Source: an uncultured Lentisphaerales bacterium (GTDB lineage Bacteria; Verrucomicrobiota; Lentisphaeria; JABSQK01; UBA12247). Taken from it: a DNA stretch of 64,000 nucleotides. The notes under the pieces are model-generated. The model was not told the DNA's origin. It did no database searches and was given only the letters and a program-made list of their open reading frames with translations. Numbering within the stretch: the first letter of the stretch is position 1; every line of letters begins with the position of its first letter. The stretch is taken from assembly GCA_943788985.1 (NCBI GenBank), contig CALSSJ010000011.1:128001-192000 (forward strand), given 5' to 3'. This document shows, piece by piece, positions 52,472 through 62,123 of the stretch. The position numbers and the translations under genes are program-made.

Positions 52472-53181
52472 CTCTTGCTCAGACAGGCCCGTTGTAGGTC
52501 CAAAATTTCGCGGATTGCGGAGTCCGCAAGTCTCAGCATGCTGTCCATCTGCGCGCGGGAGAAAGTCTTGCCTTCAGCTGTGCCTTGGAGTTCGACATAC
52601 TCGCCGTTCTCCGCCATGATCACATTCAAGTCGACATCCGCACCGCTGTCTTCGATGTAGTTCAGATCGGCTACTGGGACGCCGTCCACGATGCCGACAC
52701 TGATCGCAGCGATGGGATTGACGATGGGAATGGTGCTAATCTTGCCTTCAGCGAAGAGCTTGCTGAGTGCCAAGCTTAGTGCGACCATGCCACCGTTGAT
52801 GCTGGCGCAGCGAGTGCCGCCATCGGCATCCAATACATCACAGTCAATATAAACGGAGTGATCGCCAAGCTTGGTCATGTCCACCGAAGCGCGTAGGCAG
52901 CGGCCGATCAGGCGTTGGATCTCGGTGGCGCGACTGTTAGGGCGCCGCGATCCGCGCCGGCCGGTGGAGGCTGGTAGCATCTGGTACTCTGCTGTGACCC
53001 AGCCGCCTGGTTTGCCCTCTTCACGCATCCAGCGGGGGGCGCCTGGGGTGACGGAAGCCGTGCAGATCACGCGCGTGTTACCGCATTCGATGAGCACGGA
53101 GCCGTCTGCATTGCGGGAGAAATTTGGAGTGAACTGATGCGGGCGAATCTGCCCGGGAGTACGGCCGTCAGGACGAGACAT
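52468..53181 (-). CDS. rph: Ribonuclease PH
   Basis: GWVTAEYQMLP, EIQRLIGRCLR, ADGGTR, DLNYIED and ELQGTAE motifs. Confidence 0.96.
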   Translation of the reverse strand: MSRPDGRTPGQIRPHQFTPNFSRNADGSVLIECGNTRVICTASVTPGAPRWMREEGKPGGWVTAEYQMLPASTGRRGSRRPNSRATEIQRLIGRCLRASVDMTKLGDHSVYIDCDVLDADGGTRCASINGGMVALSLALSKLFAEGKISTIPIVNPIAAISVGIVDGVPVADLNYIEDSGADVDLNVIMAENGEYVELQGTAEGKTFSRAQMDSMLRLADSAIREILDLQRACLSKR

Positions 53182-53215
53182 AATGGTTCCTTCTGATACG
53201 CTGGGTGCGGATGGC

Positions 53216-54682
53216 TTATTCTTCTCCGAGATGGGCCATCCGAGGGATGCGATACCGCATCTGGACGAGCTTCGTCTCGCTGCCGAGAGACGCGGTGTCG
53301 ATCACGATGCGTTCGCTGTTATGGCGAAACCGGATCGTTTGAAACTCCGGATCCGTGGCCTGAAATGCGGCAACTAGGTCTTCGAGGCTTTGTATCTCCG
53401 CATCATTCACACTCTTGACCATCTCAAAGCGAAAGTGCTGGTAGCCGATGTTGCCGGGGGTCGGCAGGACGCGGGTGAGAATGACTAGGCGTTTATCTGG
53501 GCCGATGAGATCCCACTGGTTGCGTTCGTAGTAGACGAGGCGGCGCGGCGCGGCTGAGGGCCAGTCGCCGCCCCAGGACTTAAGCATTTCGCGGCACAAC
53601 TCCTGAAAGACGAACCCGCCCACGATCACAAAGCGTGGCGGTCTGTCATAGAGGAAAGGCAGGGATGGATACTCATCAAGTGCCAGTGGCTTGAGCGTCA
53701 TTGACAGCTCCATGAACTCACCATCGCGCAGGACGGTAAGGGGAACGACATCACCAGAGACATGGCGTGTGGTGGTGAGGTGCGCGATTGATTGACGGTC
53801 AAAATCAGGATCCACGTACTCGCCGCGGCGATCGATGTCAAATCCAGCCACACTAAGCAGAACATCGCCAGCTTCGAGGCCAGCCAGCTCAGCGGCCCCA
53901 CCCGGGCCGACATCGGAGATATAGACGCCGTCCCTTTTCCCATTTAGCTTGGCGTATTTCCGCAGCTGTGGATCTTCCATATTGGAGAAGCTGAAGCCAG
54001 CCCGCGGAAACCCTTGGTATTCGCCATCGTCCAAGTCTGTGAGGAAGCGGGAAATGACCATGGCTGGAATCACCGTCATGGACTGACCCGTGGCCGTGTA
54101 GGACATGGAGAGGCCGATCAGCTTGCCGCCTGCCAACACGGGCAGCACGAAGCTGCTCCCGACCGGTGCCAGCTTGATGTCCAGCTTGTAGATAAGCATG
54201 GCACTGTCGGAGCCGTACATCCCGAGTTCGATTGCCTTGATCCTACCCTCTCCGAGCACTGGGGTGCCGTTGTTCTCGAATTGCCAGACGGCTGTGGCAT
54301 CACCGACTGCCTTGACATCGGTAAGGGCCAACGCCTCGTGTTTACTGGTGAAGCTCGCATCAAGGGCCTCTACGAGTGCCAGATTTGTCAGATAGTCCAC
54401 GTGCTTGACCCGCGCTGTGGATTTTCCGGGCTCCCCGACGCGTTCCAACTCGACGAATGTCGCGTTGCGGACGAGGTCTGCCGTGACCAGAAACTGATTC
54501 GGTCGCACGCAGGTGCCCAGGCCTCGGCGGCTGCTCGGCTTGGTCTTGCGCCAGGGTTGGAGAAATACGTAGCTCTGGCTGGTGACGTGTACGCGGATGA
54601 CGGACTTGGTCGGGGCATCTTGCCCAGCAGACACGAGAACAGGAAGAGAGAATAAAAGGATGGATGCGACGAGAGCTTTCAT
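53216..54682 (-). CDS. Deg/HtrA-like PDZ protein with degenerate catalytic triad (pseudoprotease)
   Basis: Colinear with its neighbour, but TADLV replaces TNAHVV, TNLAL replaces CDLAL, and there is no GNSGGP. Confidence 0.8.
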   Translation of the reverse strand: MKALVASILLFSLPVLVSAGQDAPTKSVIRVHVTSQSYVFLQPWRKTKPSSRRGLGTCVRPNQFLVTADLVRNATFVELERVGEPGKSTARVKHVDYLTNLALVEALDASFTSKHEALALTDVKAVGDATAVWQFENNGTPVLGEGRIKAIELGMYGSDSAMLIYKLDIKLAPVGSSFVLPVLAGGKLIGLSMSYTATGQSMTVIPAMVISRFLTDLDDGEYQGFPRAGFSFSNMEDPQLRKYAKLNGKRDGVYISDVGPGGAAELAGLEAGDVLLSVAGFDIDRRGEYVDPDFDRQSIAHLTTTRHVSGDVVPLTVLRDGEFMELSMTLKPLALDEYPSLPFLYDRPPRFVIVGGFVFQELCREMLKSWGGDWPSAAPRRLVYYERNQWDLIGPDKRLVILTRVLPTPGNIGYQHFRFEMVKSVNDAEIQSLEDLVAAFQATDPEFQTIRFRHNSERIVIDTASLGSETKLVQMRYRIPRMAHLGEE

Positions 54683-56151
54683 TTCTGTTCCTCCTGCTTT
54701 TGGTCCAGCCCGAGATAGCGCTCCTGCGTGATCCCGTAGGTCGACAGGATGCGCTGTCTGGCCGCTTCTACTTGCGCAGCTTCGATCACCAGCGGTCGGC
54801 CCTGGCCGACTAGGCGAATGACATGATGAGCGACGTCTTGGTCGATCGCTTCAGCGAGATCGGCGAGACCTCGGATGGTCTTGCCGTTTACTTCTTCAAC
54901 GACACCGTTGCGGAGTTCGCGAAAATAGCTGTTAATGCTATCTGGAATCATCTCGCTGAAGACGACGATTTCGGGGTGGTCTAGGTAGATCTCGTCGGAG
55001 ACAAAGTATGAGTAGCGATACATGACCTCGAGGTCGTCGATGCTGTAGGTGGAAAGGAAGTTGCGATCCACCGGCTGAAACAGCAGGCCTGCGAATAGCA
55101 CGAAGCGAGGCCGTACGTCGTAGGTCTTGGCGAGAATGCGGTAGGGCCAGGCTCCCTTCAACGTGACATCCACGTCGATCGTTTCCCGATTTCTAATTAC
55201 ACCGAAGCACACGATATCGCCATGAAACTTGCGCTCTACAATCTCTTCCAGTTGGACAGAGCCACCGTCGAGCACAATCTGGCCATCGCTGCTGATGCGG
55301 TGGCCGTCAATGGCGATGAGTACATCGTCCACCTGCAAGGCACCGTGAGCGGAGCCAACCTGGGGAATTGAGGTGACCAGCACGCCGGTGTCGTCATCCA
55401 CTAGTGCCAAGCTGCGTCGCAATGCCGGGTTCTGCAGCGTCTGGTAGTTTACAGCCAGTTCGACATAGCCGTCATAGCTGCCGTCCTCGATGTCCTTGAC
55501 GAAGCGCTTCATGACAGGCGTCGGGATCATGTAACCGGTGTTCTGCGCGACAGCTCCACTGAGGCCCTGAAATGCTACGCCAACGCACTTTCCGTCTTGC
55601 AAGACCGGGCCGCCGCTATTTCCGGGGTTGATCGCTGCATCAATTTGAATTGCCAGATGCGCGTCGAGGGAGGAATGGCTGTAGGTGCGAAATTCGATGC
55701 GTGAGACCACGCCGCGTGTGACGGACATGCGTTCGCCGCCAATCGGGTAGCCGTAGGTCGTGACCGTGGAATGCAGATCCGGAATGTCGCCAAAAGAGAG
55801 CGAGGCCATACCCTTGAAGAAGCTTGGATCTTCGACCGTGAGCAGGGCCAAGTCACAGTCATGGGCGATGTGCAGGATTTGCGCGGGGTACTCGTTGGGG
55901 TCACCATCGCGCTCGACTGTGATCAGCCGGGAATTACTGACCACGTGTGCATTGGTCATGATCTGGCGCTCGCCGATCAGAAAGCCACTGCCAACTCCGC
56001 CCCCGACGCTCCCAGAGCTCCACGGTTGCCGGTAGTCCGGGGACTGGGCAGCAACGCTAATGCGAACGACGCAGTTACGCAGGCGCTCGACTTCCTCGTT
56101 TGCAGCTGAGGCAAGAAACGGGTATAACAGAAGGGCAAAAAGGATGCGCAT
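54679..56151 (-). CDS. Deg/HtrA-family serine protease with PDZ domains (plant DEG2-like)
   Basis: Triad motifs TNAHVV, CDLALL and DAAINPGNSGGP; signal peptide. Confidence 0.93.
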   Translation of the reverse strand: MRILFALLLYPFLASAANEEVERLRNCVVRISVAAQSPDYRQPWSSGSVGGGVGSGFLIGERQIMTNAHVVSNSRLITVERDGDPNEYPAQILHIAHDCDLALLTVEDPSFFKGMASLSFGDIPDLHSTVTTYGYPIGGERMSVTRGVVSRIEFRTYSHSSLDAHLAIQIDAAINPGNSGGPVLQDGKCVGVAFQGLSGAVAQNTGYMIPTPVMKRFVKDIEDGSYDGYVELAVNYQTLQNPALRRSLALVDDDTGVLVTSIPQVGSAHGALQVDDVLIAIDGHRISSDGQIVLDGGSVQLEEIVERKFHGDIVCFGVIRNRETIDVDVTLKGAWPYRILAKTYDVRPRFVLFAGLLFQPVDRNFLSTYSIDDLEVMYRYSYFVSDEIYLDHPEIVVFSEMIPDSINSYFRELRNGVVEEVNGKTIRGLADLAEAIDQDVAHHVIRLVGQGRPLVIEAAQVEAARQRILSTYGITQERYLGLDQKQEEQK

Positions 56152-56231
56152 AGAAGAACCGGCTGAATCTTGTGTAGGGGAGAGGGAAGGCCCACGCGGG
56201 CCGTCAAACGGCGGGCGTCTTCGAGCCCGCT

Positions 56232-58241
56232 TCAGTGCTGTCTCGCGCGCTGAACGGTCTGAAGAATGTCTTCCACTCGCACCCGCCTGGGCAACTCGTT
56301 GCTAAAAGCATCAGACAGGGTCCGCAGGTCGCCGCGGGTAAAGGTCTGGCTGGCCGGTAACCTGCGCAAGGCTTCCCCAGCCATAGCAGCCAGCTGAAAC
56401 CCAGCTGAACCCTTTGACAGCTCTGCGCGGGCGAACTCGGTCGTACAAGAGCGAAACGCTTCCTTGCCACGCACGCCACCGTGATCGTAGAGAACTTTGA
56501 AGTCCGCCAGACGTTCGCCAGAACCGAGGGCACGTTTCAGCTCGACCTCGTAAAGATACGTCAAGGATTTTCCCTCACTCAGCTCGGGGGCCATTTGAAC
56601 GTTATGGTTTGCCGCGATCCATTTGGCATCACGCGTCACGAGGCGAGCGCGGGCCACGATCTGCTTGTTGAAGGTGACGGTCATCATCAGGTTGGCACCC
56701 GTTACCCGCCCTCGTGACTCTACAGCCCGTGCCACATCCTGGCTGCTGGGGGAGCTGCCGCTGCTGACGGGGAATACTTTTGCGCCATAGAGTGCCGCAG
56801 CTCGGGCAGCAACGGGATTTGCCGCTGGGTTTTCTCCGATCGGAATCGCTAGAACCTCGATGTCACTTAGCGGTTTCGGCCATCTGTCCGGGGTCATCAT
56901 GGTCGATCGATCGTCTGCGTTGATCATCATGATGACGCGGCGGAGTTTGTCTGATGGAGATTTGCTGGTGAAGGCCTCGTGCATCGCGCCCGACCAATCT
57001 ACATCGCGGACGGGACGCGATTTCAACGCAGTGCGCAACATGCGTTCCTGAGTCGAGGGGACGTTCTCAGCAATCTTCTGGAACTGGTGGCCACAGCTGA
57101 CCATGGTGATTCGTGTCGTTTCGGTCATGCCGCGCAACATGCGCTCGATCAGCCAATGGGCACGATTGATGCCCTGCAGGTCGGACATGGGCGGGATACA
57201 GATGTAGGTAGTCTCTGGGTCGACCTTTTCTCCCTGCTGTCCGGGAGAGATTACGGCGATGCGCAACAGGTGCAGCCCGGGATTGAATGGCGAGGGCGCG
57301 TATTCCATTTGAATGCCAAGCTCACCGCTGTTTCCGTGGGGGCGATACCGATAGTCGAAGGCATTGAAGAACTCTGAATCCTTGACTCGAATCCGATCAT
57401 TGCTTGACGGACTTGGGAGGACCATTGCCGGCGCGGCGCGGCGAGTTGTCGGTGGTAGAGCGTATTGGCTTGCCTGGGTTGCAGGTGCCGAGGCGGCCCC
57501 CGAGGCTTGGTGAGGCGATGCTGTCTGGAAGGGCGTGTCGCGCAGGCTCCGCTTTTCCGTGGCATCCGCGATGTTCATGAGTACGGATTGCCTCTGAGCT
57601 TGCGGCTGAACTGTTGGCGAAGCATACAGGGGGTTCCCTGCCTGGCCTCCGGTGGCCGTCGGGTAGTTGCTCGCGGCTGATTGGCTGGGCGGCGGCGGGC
57701 TGGGAGAAGAGGATTGATTGTGGGCCAGTGCTGGGGGCGACGCTGAGGGCTGGGCTGCACCAATCGGCTGCTGTGGCGGTGGCTGCGCTGCCGGTTGAGC
57801 CCTCAGTCGCGCGGGCGGCGGCTGTCGCGGTGACCGCTCATCGAGCCGTGCTTCGTTGGCCTTGGTGATCGCATCAATATAGCCCTGCTGTTTCTCGTTT
57901 GGACTATCGATGCCCGAACGAATGATTGTGATGACTGCTGTTAGCATCACTAGGAAAGCGACGAGCACGCCCGCAACCACGTGACGCGAAGAGTTTAGCA
58001 GCATCACCGGATGGAGCCGCTCGTGCGATCGAATCTTCGGCGTAGGTCTTCGGCTGTGATTATGGCTTGGCACGTGGTCATCATGGACCACCGCGCCAAT
58101 CTCCGCAAATAACTTGCGGCAGTCGGAGCATTCCGTGAGATGGCTGTCGATTTCGCGCTTCTCAGAGCGGGTCAACGCCCCTGATACGTACTCGGGGAGG
58201 CGTGATTTTACTCGGGCGCAGATTGGGTTGGTCGTACTCAT
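56232..58241 (-). CDS. Membrane protein with zf-HC2 anti-sigma-like N-terminus and degenerate YfbK-like vWA region
   Basis: HLTECSDC, TM helix, Pro/Gln linker, then SEFFNAFDY, APSPFNPG..LLRI and TYLYEVEL motifs. Confidence 0.7.
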   Translation of the reverse strand: MSTTNPICARVKSRLPEYVSGALTRSEKREIDSHLTECSDCRKLFAEIGAVVHDDHVPSHNHSRRPTPKIRSHERLHPVMLLNSSRHVVAGVLVAFLVMLTAVITIIRSGIDSPNEKQQGYIDAITKANEARLDERSPRQPPPARLRAQPAAQPPPQQPIGAAQPSASPPALAHNQSSSPSPPPPSQSAASNYPTATGGQAGNPLYASPTVQPQAQRQSVLMNIADATEKRSLRDTPFQTASPHQASGAASAPATQASQYALPPTTRRAAPAMVLPSPSSNDRIRVKDSEFFNAFDYRYRPHGNSGELGIQMEYAPSPFNPGLHLLRIAVISPGQQGEKVDPETTYICIPPMSDLQGINRAHWLIERMLRGMTETTRITMVSCGHQFQKIAENVPSTQERMLRTALKSRPVRDVDWSGAMHEAFTSKSPSDKLRRVIMMINADDRSTMMTPDRWPKPLSDIEVLAIPIGENPAANPVAARAAALYGAKVFPVSSGSSPSSQDVARAVESRGRVTGANLMMTVTFNKQIVARARLVTRDAKWIAANHNVQMAPELSEGKSLTYLYEVELKRALGSGERLADFKVLYDHGGVRGKEAFRSCTTEFARAELSKGSAGFQLAAMAGEALRRLPASQTFTRGDLRTLSDAFSNELPRRVRVEDILQTVQRARQH

Positions 58242-58444
58242 TGCAGAAGGCCGTTGGCGTGCGAAACTATGGTGCGCTTCAGCGCCATGCGGCAAAAGCT
58301 CTTTGGGTCGGTTGAACGGTCAAATTGATTGGTTCCCACTACAAGGAATGCCGATCGGGGCGGATGAGCGTGTGCTCTAAAGCTCCCTAATATAGCGGCG
58401 TCCTCTCTCGATTGCCACAAAAGGAGTTGCCCTCGCAGCCTGTA

Positions 58445-58847
58445 ATGCGCCCTGAAACGGCCCGTCCACTGGTAGTTTGGGCATGGGCTGGCACAAATGT
58501 TATGGTCGTTATTGCGGTAAATATTGGCCTGGCGCCAGCGTTTTTTTTCGCCATTCATCGTCTTCCGGGTGGTGACAACGCTGGCCACGTCTTTCCGATT
58601 GGCATTCTCTGCGTCTTAATTAATGCACGGTTGGATCTGGGGGCATGGCGTCTTGGAGGCCTAATTCTACCGAAGGGTTCCTGCGTTTTGGCCGCGGTCG
58701 TATTCGGCGAAGAACTGTCGCAGCATTTTCTGCTGCGCCGTACCTGTGCCTTAGAGGGATCCTCTGGCGGACTTCGCAGTAATCGTGGTCTTCACCCTTG
58801 CCGCAGTTCGGTGCCGCCGCCCGGCGAGCGGGGCGGACTCCAGATGA
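58445..58847 (+). pseudogene. VanZ-like membrane protein, frameshifted
   Basis: LPGGDNAGHVF..GIL, EELSQHF..RRT, then D.LADF after removing one G near 58757. Confidence 0.55.
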
Positions 58848-59166
58848 GTATTCTGCGTCTTTGTCTGCTGCTGGTCTATTTTGCTGGACTGACCAAGCAC
58901 TTTCTGCACGGGGTTTATTTCTGCTGCGCTTCGGATTTGAGCGTTTAATCGGGCTGGACCACGCGAGCAGTTTTCCGTTTTCCTGCTTCACGGAGGTGAA
59001 CAGCAATGGGGGAATGCCTGTGTGCCTGGTCGGCGCTACGGCCTTGCGGGAGTTTTTCGGATGCTTTGTCCGGACGTTCGCCGTGATCGGGGTTGCCCAT
59101 TGGTGGCCACCCACTGCGCCGGCTGCCTCGGGGCAGACTATGAGGCCTGACGGCCGCCGCTGGTGA
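58844..59166 (+). pseudogene. Degenerate small membrane protein gene (possibly a second VanZ-like gene)
   Basis: ATGA overlap with the previous gene; hydrophobic fragments spread over several frames. Confidence 0.25.
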
Positions 59167-60533
59167 GACTGCTTTTCGTCGGCCTGATTCTTTTGGCGGG
59201 TTGGGGAGTGCTTGGCTTCACTGCCTTTGGTGCGCTGCGCAGGCATCTGCCGGAATCCGCCAAAACCGAACTCCACGAAATGATTCAAGCTGCTGAGTCG
59301 GGGGGATCGCACTGCGGTGGCTACGGAGAAAGCAGGGGCGTTTCTGGCGCGGGCAGGGTCACTAGCAGACGCTGGCGACCTCAGCGCCGCCGTGTTGGAA
59401 TACCGCAATGCGTTGCGCCTTTCCTCGGATGATCCGTAGACCTTATTGCGGCCCGCCGAGTCACAGCTGGCAATCGATGAGGATCACGGCGCGTTGCGTA
59501 GCTTGCACGCGGCAGTCGCGGTTCTCCCCATCCCACACACCGTGCAACTCGCGGCACGCGCGCCTGCACGAAAGTAAGGCGGGCCTGCGCCATGCTCGCG
59601 CCGCGCTTGCGCAGCAACCGGCCAACGTCGAAGCCCTGGTCCGGACAGGGCTGGCGCTGGCTGCCACCTCAGCTGTTGGTGAAGCCAACGCTGTGGCGGC
59701 TCAGCTTGAGGCGATGAACCCGAAGTCGCCCGACCTCCTTGTCCTCGTGCGTCTTGCAGAGTTGGCCATCGCGGCCGGCAATCCAGACAAAGACTACGAG
59801 TTGCGGCAGCAGGCACATGAACGGGCACCCAGCGGCCTGCGTGCTCGCTTTGGTCCGGCGAAACTCACGCTCTCCATGCGCCTGTGCTTGCCCCGCAGCC
59901 CCACTGCGATGCCATCTCGCAGTGAGGGCGCAGCACATTGCCACGTTAGCTTATTGCTGGCCTGACCTACGCAGCGAAGGGCCAGGTGACGGGCGCCGCA
60001 GAGGAGGTCCGCATCGGTCTTGGCTTAAGGCCGCCCGAGGCACGGCTTCACCTGCAATGTATTCTCAGGGGCAGCCGGCAGGGTGCAGATCAAGAGGCTG
60101 CGGTCTTTTTGGACCTTGTGACACGGTATACGACGCTCTCAGTGAGCGAACGGGCCCAGTGTACAATGCTATGGGAGCAGGTCGGGGATCATAAACGCGC
60201 CGAAGAAAATTACCGGTCTTACTTAGAACGGGCCCAGACTCGCTAGCCGTCCTCGATAATCTGGCAGAGCTTCCGTTGGCTTCGAAGCGGGGACCTGAGG
60301 CACGTTCGCTCGCACTGCGCGCTGCTGACCTGGCACCGGATAACCAGCTCATCCTTGAAACCGCTGGCCGGGCCTGCTTGGAGCAGGCGGACCATGAGGG
60401 GGCCCGTCTTTATCGCGGCCAGGCGTTCGCGCAGTTGAGACCGCCTGATGCCGCGCTCTCGCTTCTCGAAGTATGCTTTGCACTTGACGTCAGAGCGCGA
60501 GTGGACACGTTTTGCGCCTTAGATTGCGTGTGA
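59140..60533 (+). pseudogene. Decayed TPR-repeat protein gene
   Basis: Fragments in alternating frames: N-terminal TM helix, AAVLEYRNALRL, ALAQQPANVEAL, AEENYRSYLE, ALRAADLAPDNQLILETAG; an in-frame stop and several frameshifts. Confidence 0.6.
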
Positions 60534-60699
60534 GCTCTCGCGTGCTCACTCGGCAATAAAAACACGTCCGTGATCGTACCCAGAGCGTTAAGGAGGCTGC
60601 TACCCAGTTTCATCCCAGGCGAAACTGACACTCAGCCAGCTGGCTGCTATTTTTTATCGTACCATTTCTATCCCGCAAACCCAGTAATTGAGGAACATC

Positions 60700-62112
60700 A
60701 TGTCCATCAATGCACTCCGAACAGCCCTGTTTCTTGCGATGCTCAGCATCGCAGCATTCGGCGCTACTGAAGTCGTCAACTCCGACTTAGCCACCCTTAC
60801 TAAGACTGCCCCCGACAAAGTTGTCGTAGGCGAAGAATACGCGGTGGAACTCACCATCCGCGCAAACGCCAACGTTGGCGACGTCACCGTCACTGACCAG
60901 GTCCCAGAAGGGGCACGCTTAGTCCGTACCGAGCCGAAAGCCGAAGTGGTTGGCAATACCGTAACTTGGAAGACTGCCGAGTTGGCTGCTGGCTCTGCCA
61001 CCACAATGACTCTGGTGCTCTCCGCACTTGGTGATGGCGAACTCAGCTCCTGCGCGACCTTCTCAGTGGTTCCCGTCGCTTGTGTGACAACCCGCGTCGG
61101 TCGCCCGGCACTGGCCATCACCAAGACTGGGCCTGAGATGGCGATCCTAAATGACATGATCACCTACGATGTGACTGTGACCAACACTGGCACCGCCGTT
61201 GCACGCAACGTGGTCGTCACTGACAACGTGCCAGACGGCCTCGAGCACGCAGGTGGCAAAGCTCTCATCTTTGAACTCGGCAACCTCGCTCCCGGTGAAA
61301 GCCGCAGCATTCCCGTCACTTGCAAGGCCGCAGCCCGTGGTCGTCACTGCAACACTGCGGTTGCCAAGTCCTCCAATGTCGGCGAAGTTACCGCGCAGGC
61401 TTGCACCAAGGTGCTGATTCGCGGTCTGGAAATTGCCAAGACTGGCATTCCCGTACAATTCCTCGGCAAGACTGCTGGCTACACCATCGTGGCGAAGAAC
61501 ACGGGTGACACCGACCTTACAAACGTGATTGTCACTGACACCGCACCGGCCGGAACCCGCATCATCTCCGCTGAGGGTGCCACCGTTGCTGGCAATGTCG
61601 CTACCTGGACCGTCGCCAATTTCGGTGCTGGCCAGAGTAAGACCTACAAGCTGGTACTCACCTCCCGTCAGGCAGGCACGCACTGCAACAACGTAAACGT
61701 TACGTCTACAGAAGGCCTCACTGCAGAATCGCAGGCATGCACCGACTGGAAGGGCCATCCGGCCTTGCTCTTGGAAGTGATCGACACAGTTGATCCGCTG
61801 CTCCCGGGCGAACAGACCACTTACCTCATCAAAGTGACCAACCAGGGAACAGCTAGCGATACCAACGTATCTGTTGCTGCTGCCTTCCCCGCGCAGATCA
61901 CCCCAATCTCCGCAGCTGGTCACACCGATGCTAAAGTGAGCGGCAAGAACGTGACCGTTACGCCATATCCGGAGCTCGGCCCAGGTCAGTTCATCGAATG
62001 GCAGATCCAGGCTAAGGCTGATACCGCTGGCGATTCACGCCTGAAAGTAAAGCTGTCTTCCAGCTTGCTGAAGACGCCTGTTACCGAAGAAGAAAGTACC
62101 CACGTTTACTAA
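60700..62112 (+). CDS. DUF11-repeat protein homologous to the chlamydial cysteine-rich outer membrane protein OmcB
   Basis: Signal peptide; repeats of TKTGP...VTNTG...NVVVTD..P; OmcB-like C-terminus WKG..ALLLEVIDTVDP...VTNQG.A.DTNV...EESTHVY. Confidence 0.85.
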   Translation: MSINALRTALFLAMLSIAAFGATEVVNSDLATLTKTAPDKVVVGEEYAVELTIRANANVGDVTVTDQVPEGARLVRTEPKAEVVGNTVTWKTAELAAGSATTMTLVLSALGDGELSSCATFSVVPVACVTTRVGRPALAITKTGPEMAILNDMITYDVTVTNTGTAVARNVVVTDNVPDGLEHAGGKALIFELGNLAPGESRSIPVTCKAAARGRHCNTAVAKSSNVGEVTAQACTKVLIRGLEIAKTGIPVQFLGKTAGYTIVAKNTGDTDLTNVIVTDTAPAGTRIISAEGATVAGNVATWTVANFGAGQSKTYKLVLTSRQAGTHCNNVNVTSTEGLTAESQACTDWKGHPALLLEVIDTVDPLLPGEQTTYLIKVTNQGTASDTNVSVAAAFPAQITPISAAGHTDAKVSGKNVTVTPYPELGPGQFIEWQIQAKADTAGDSRLKVKLSSSLLKTPVTEEESTHVY

Positions 62113-62123
62113 GTTAGGAGCAA

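Noticed and set aside
58238..59408. Minus-strand ORFs 58238-58588 and 58620-59408 as a sigma factor or other genes
   Set aside because: No sigma motifs; the plus strand shows recognisable VanZ-like and TPR remnants instead
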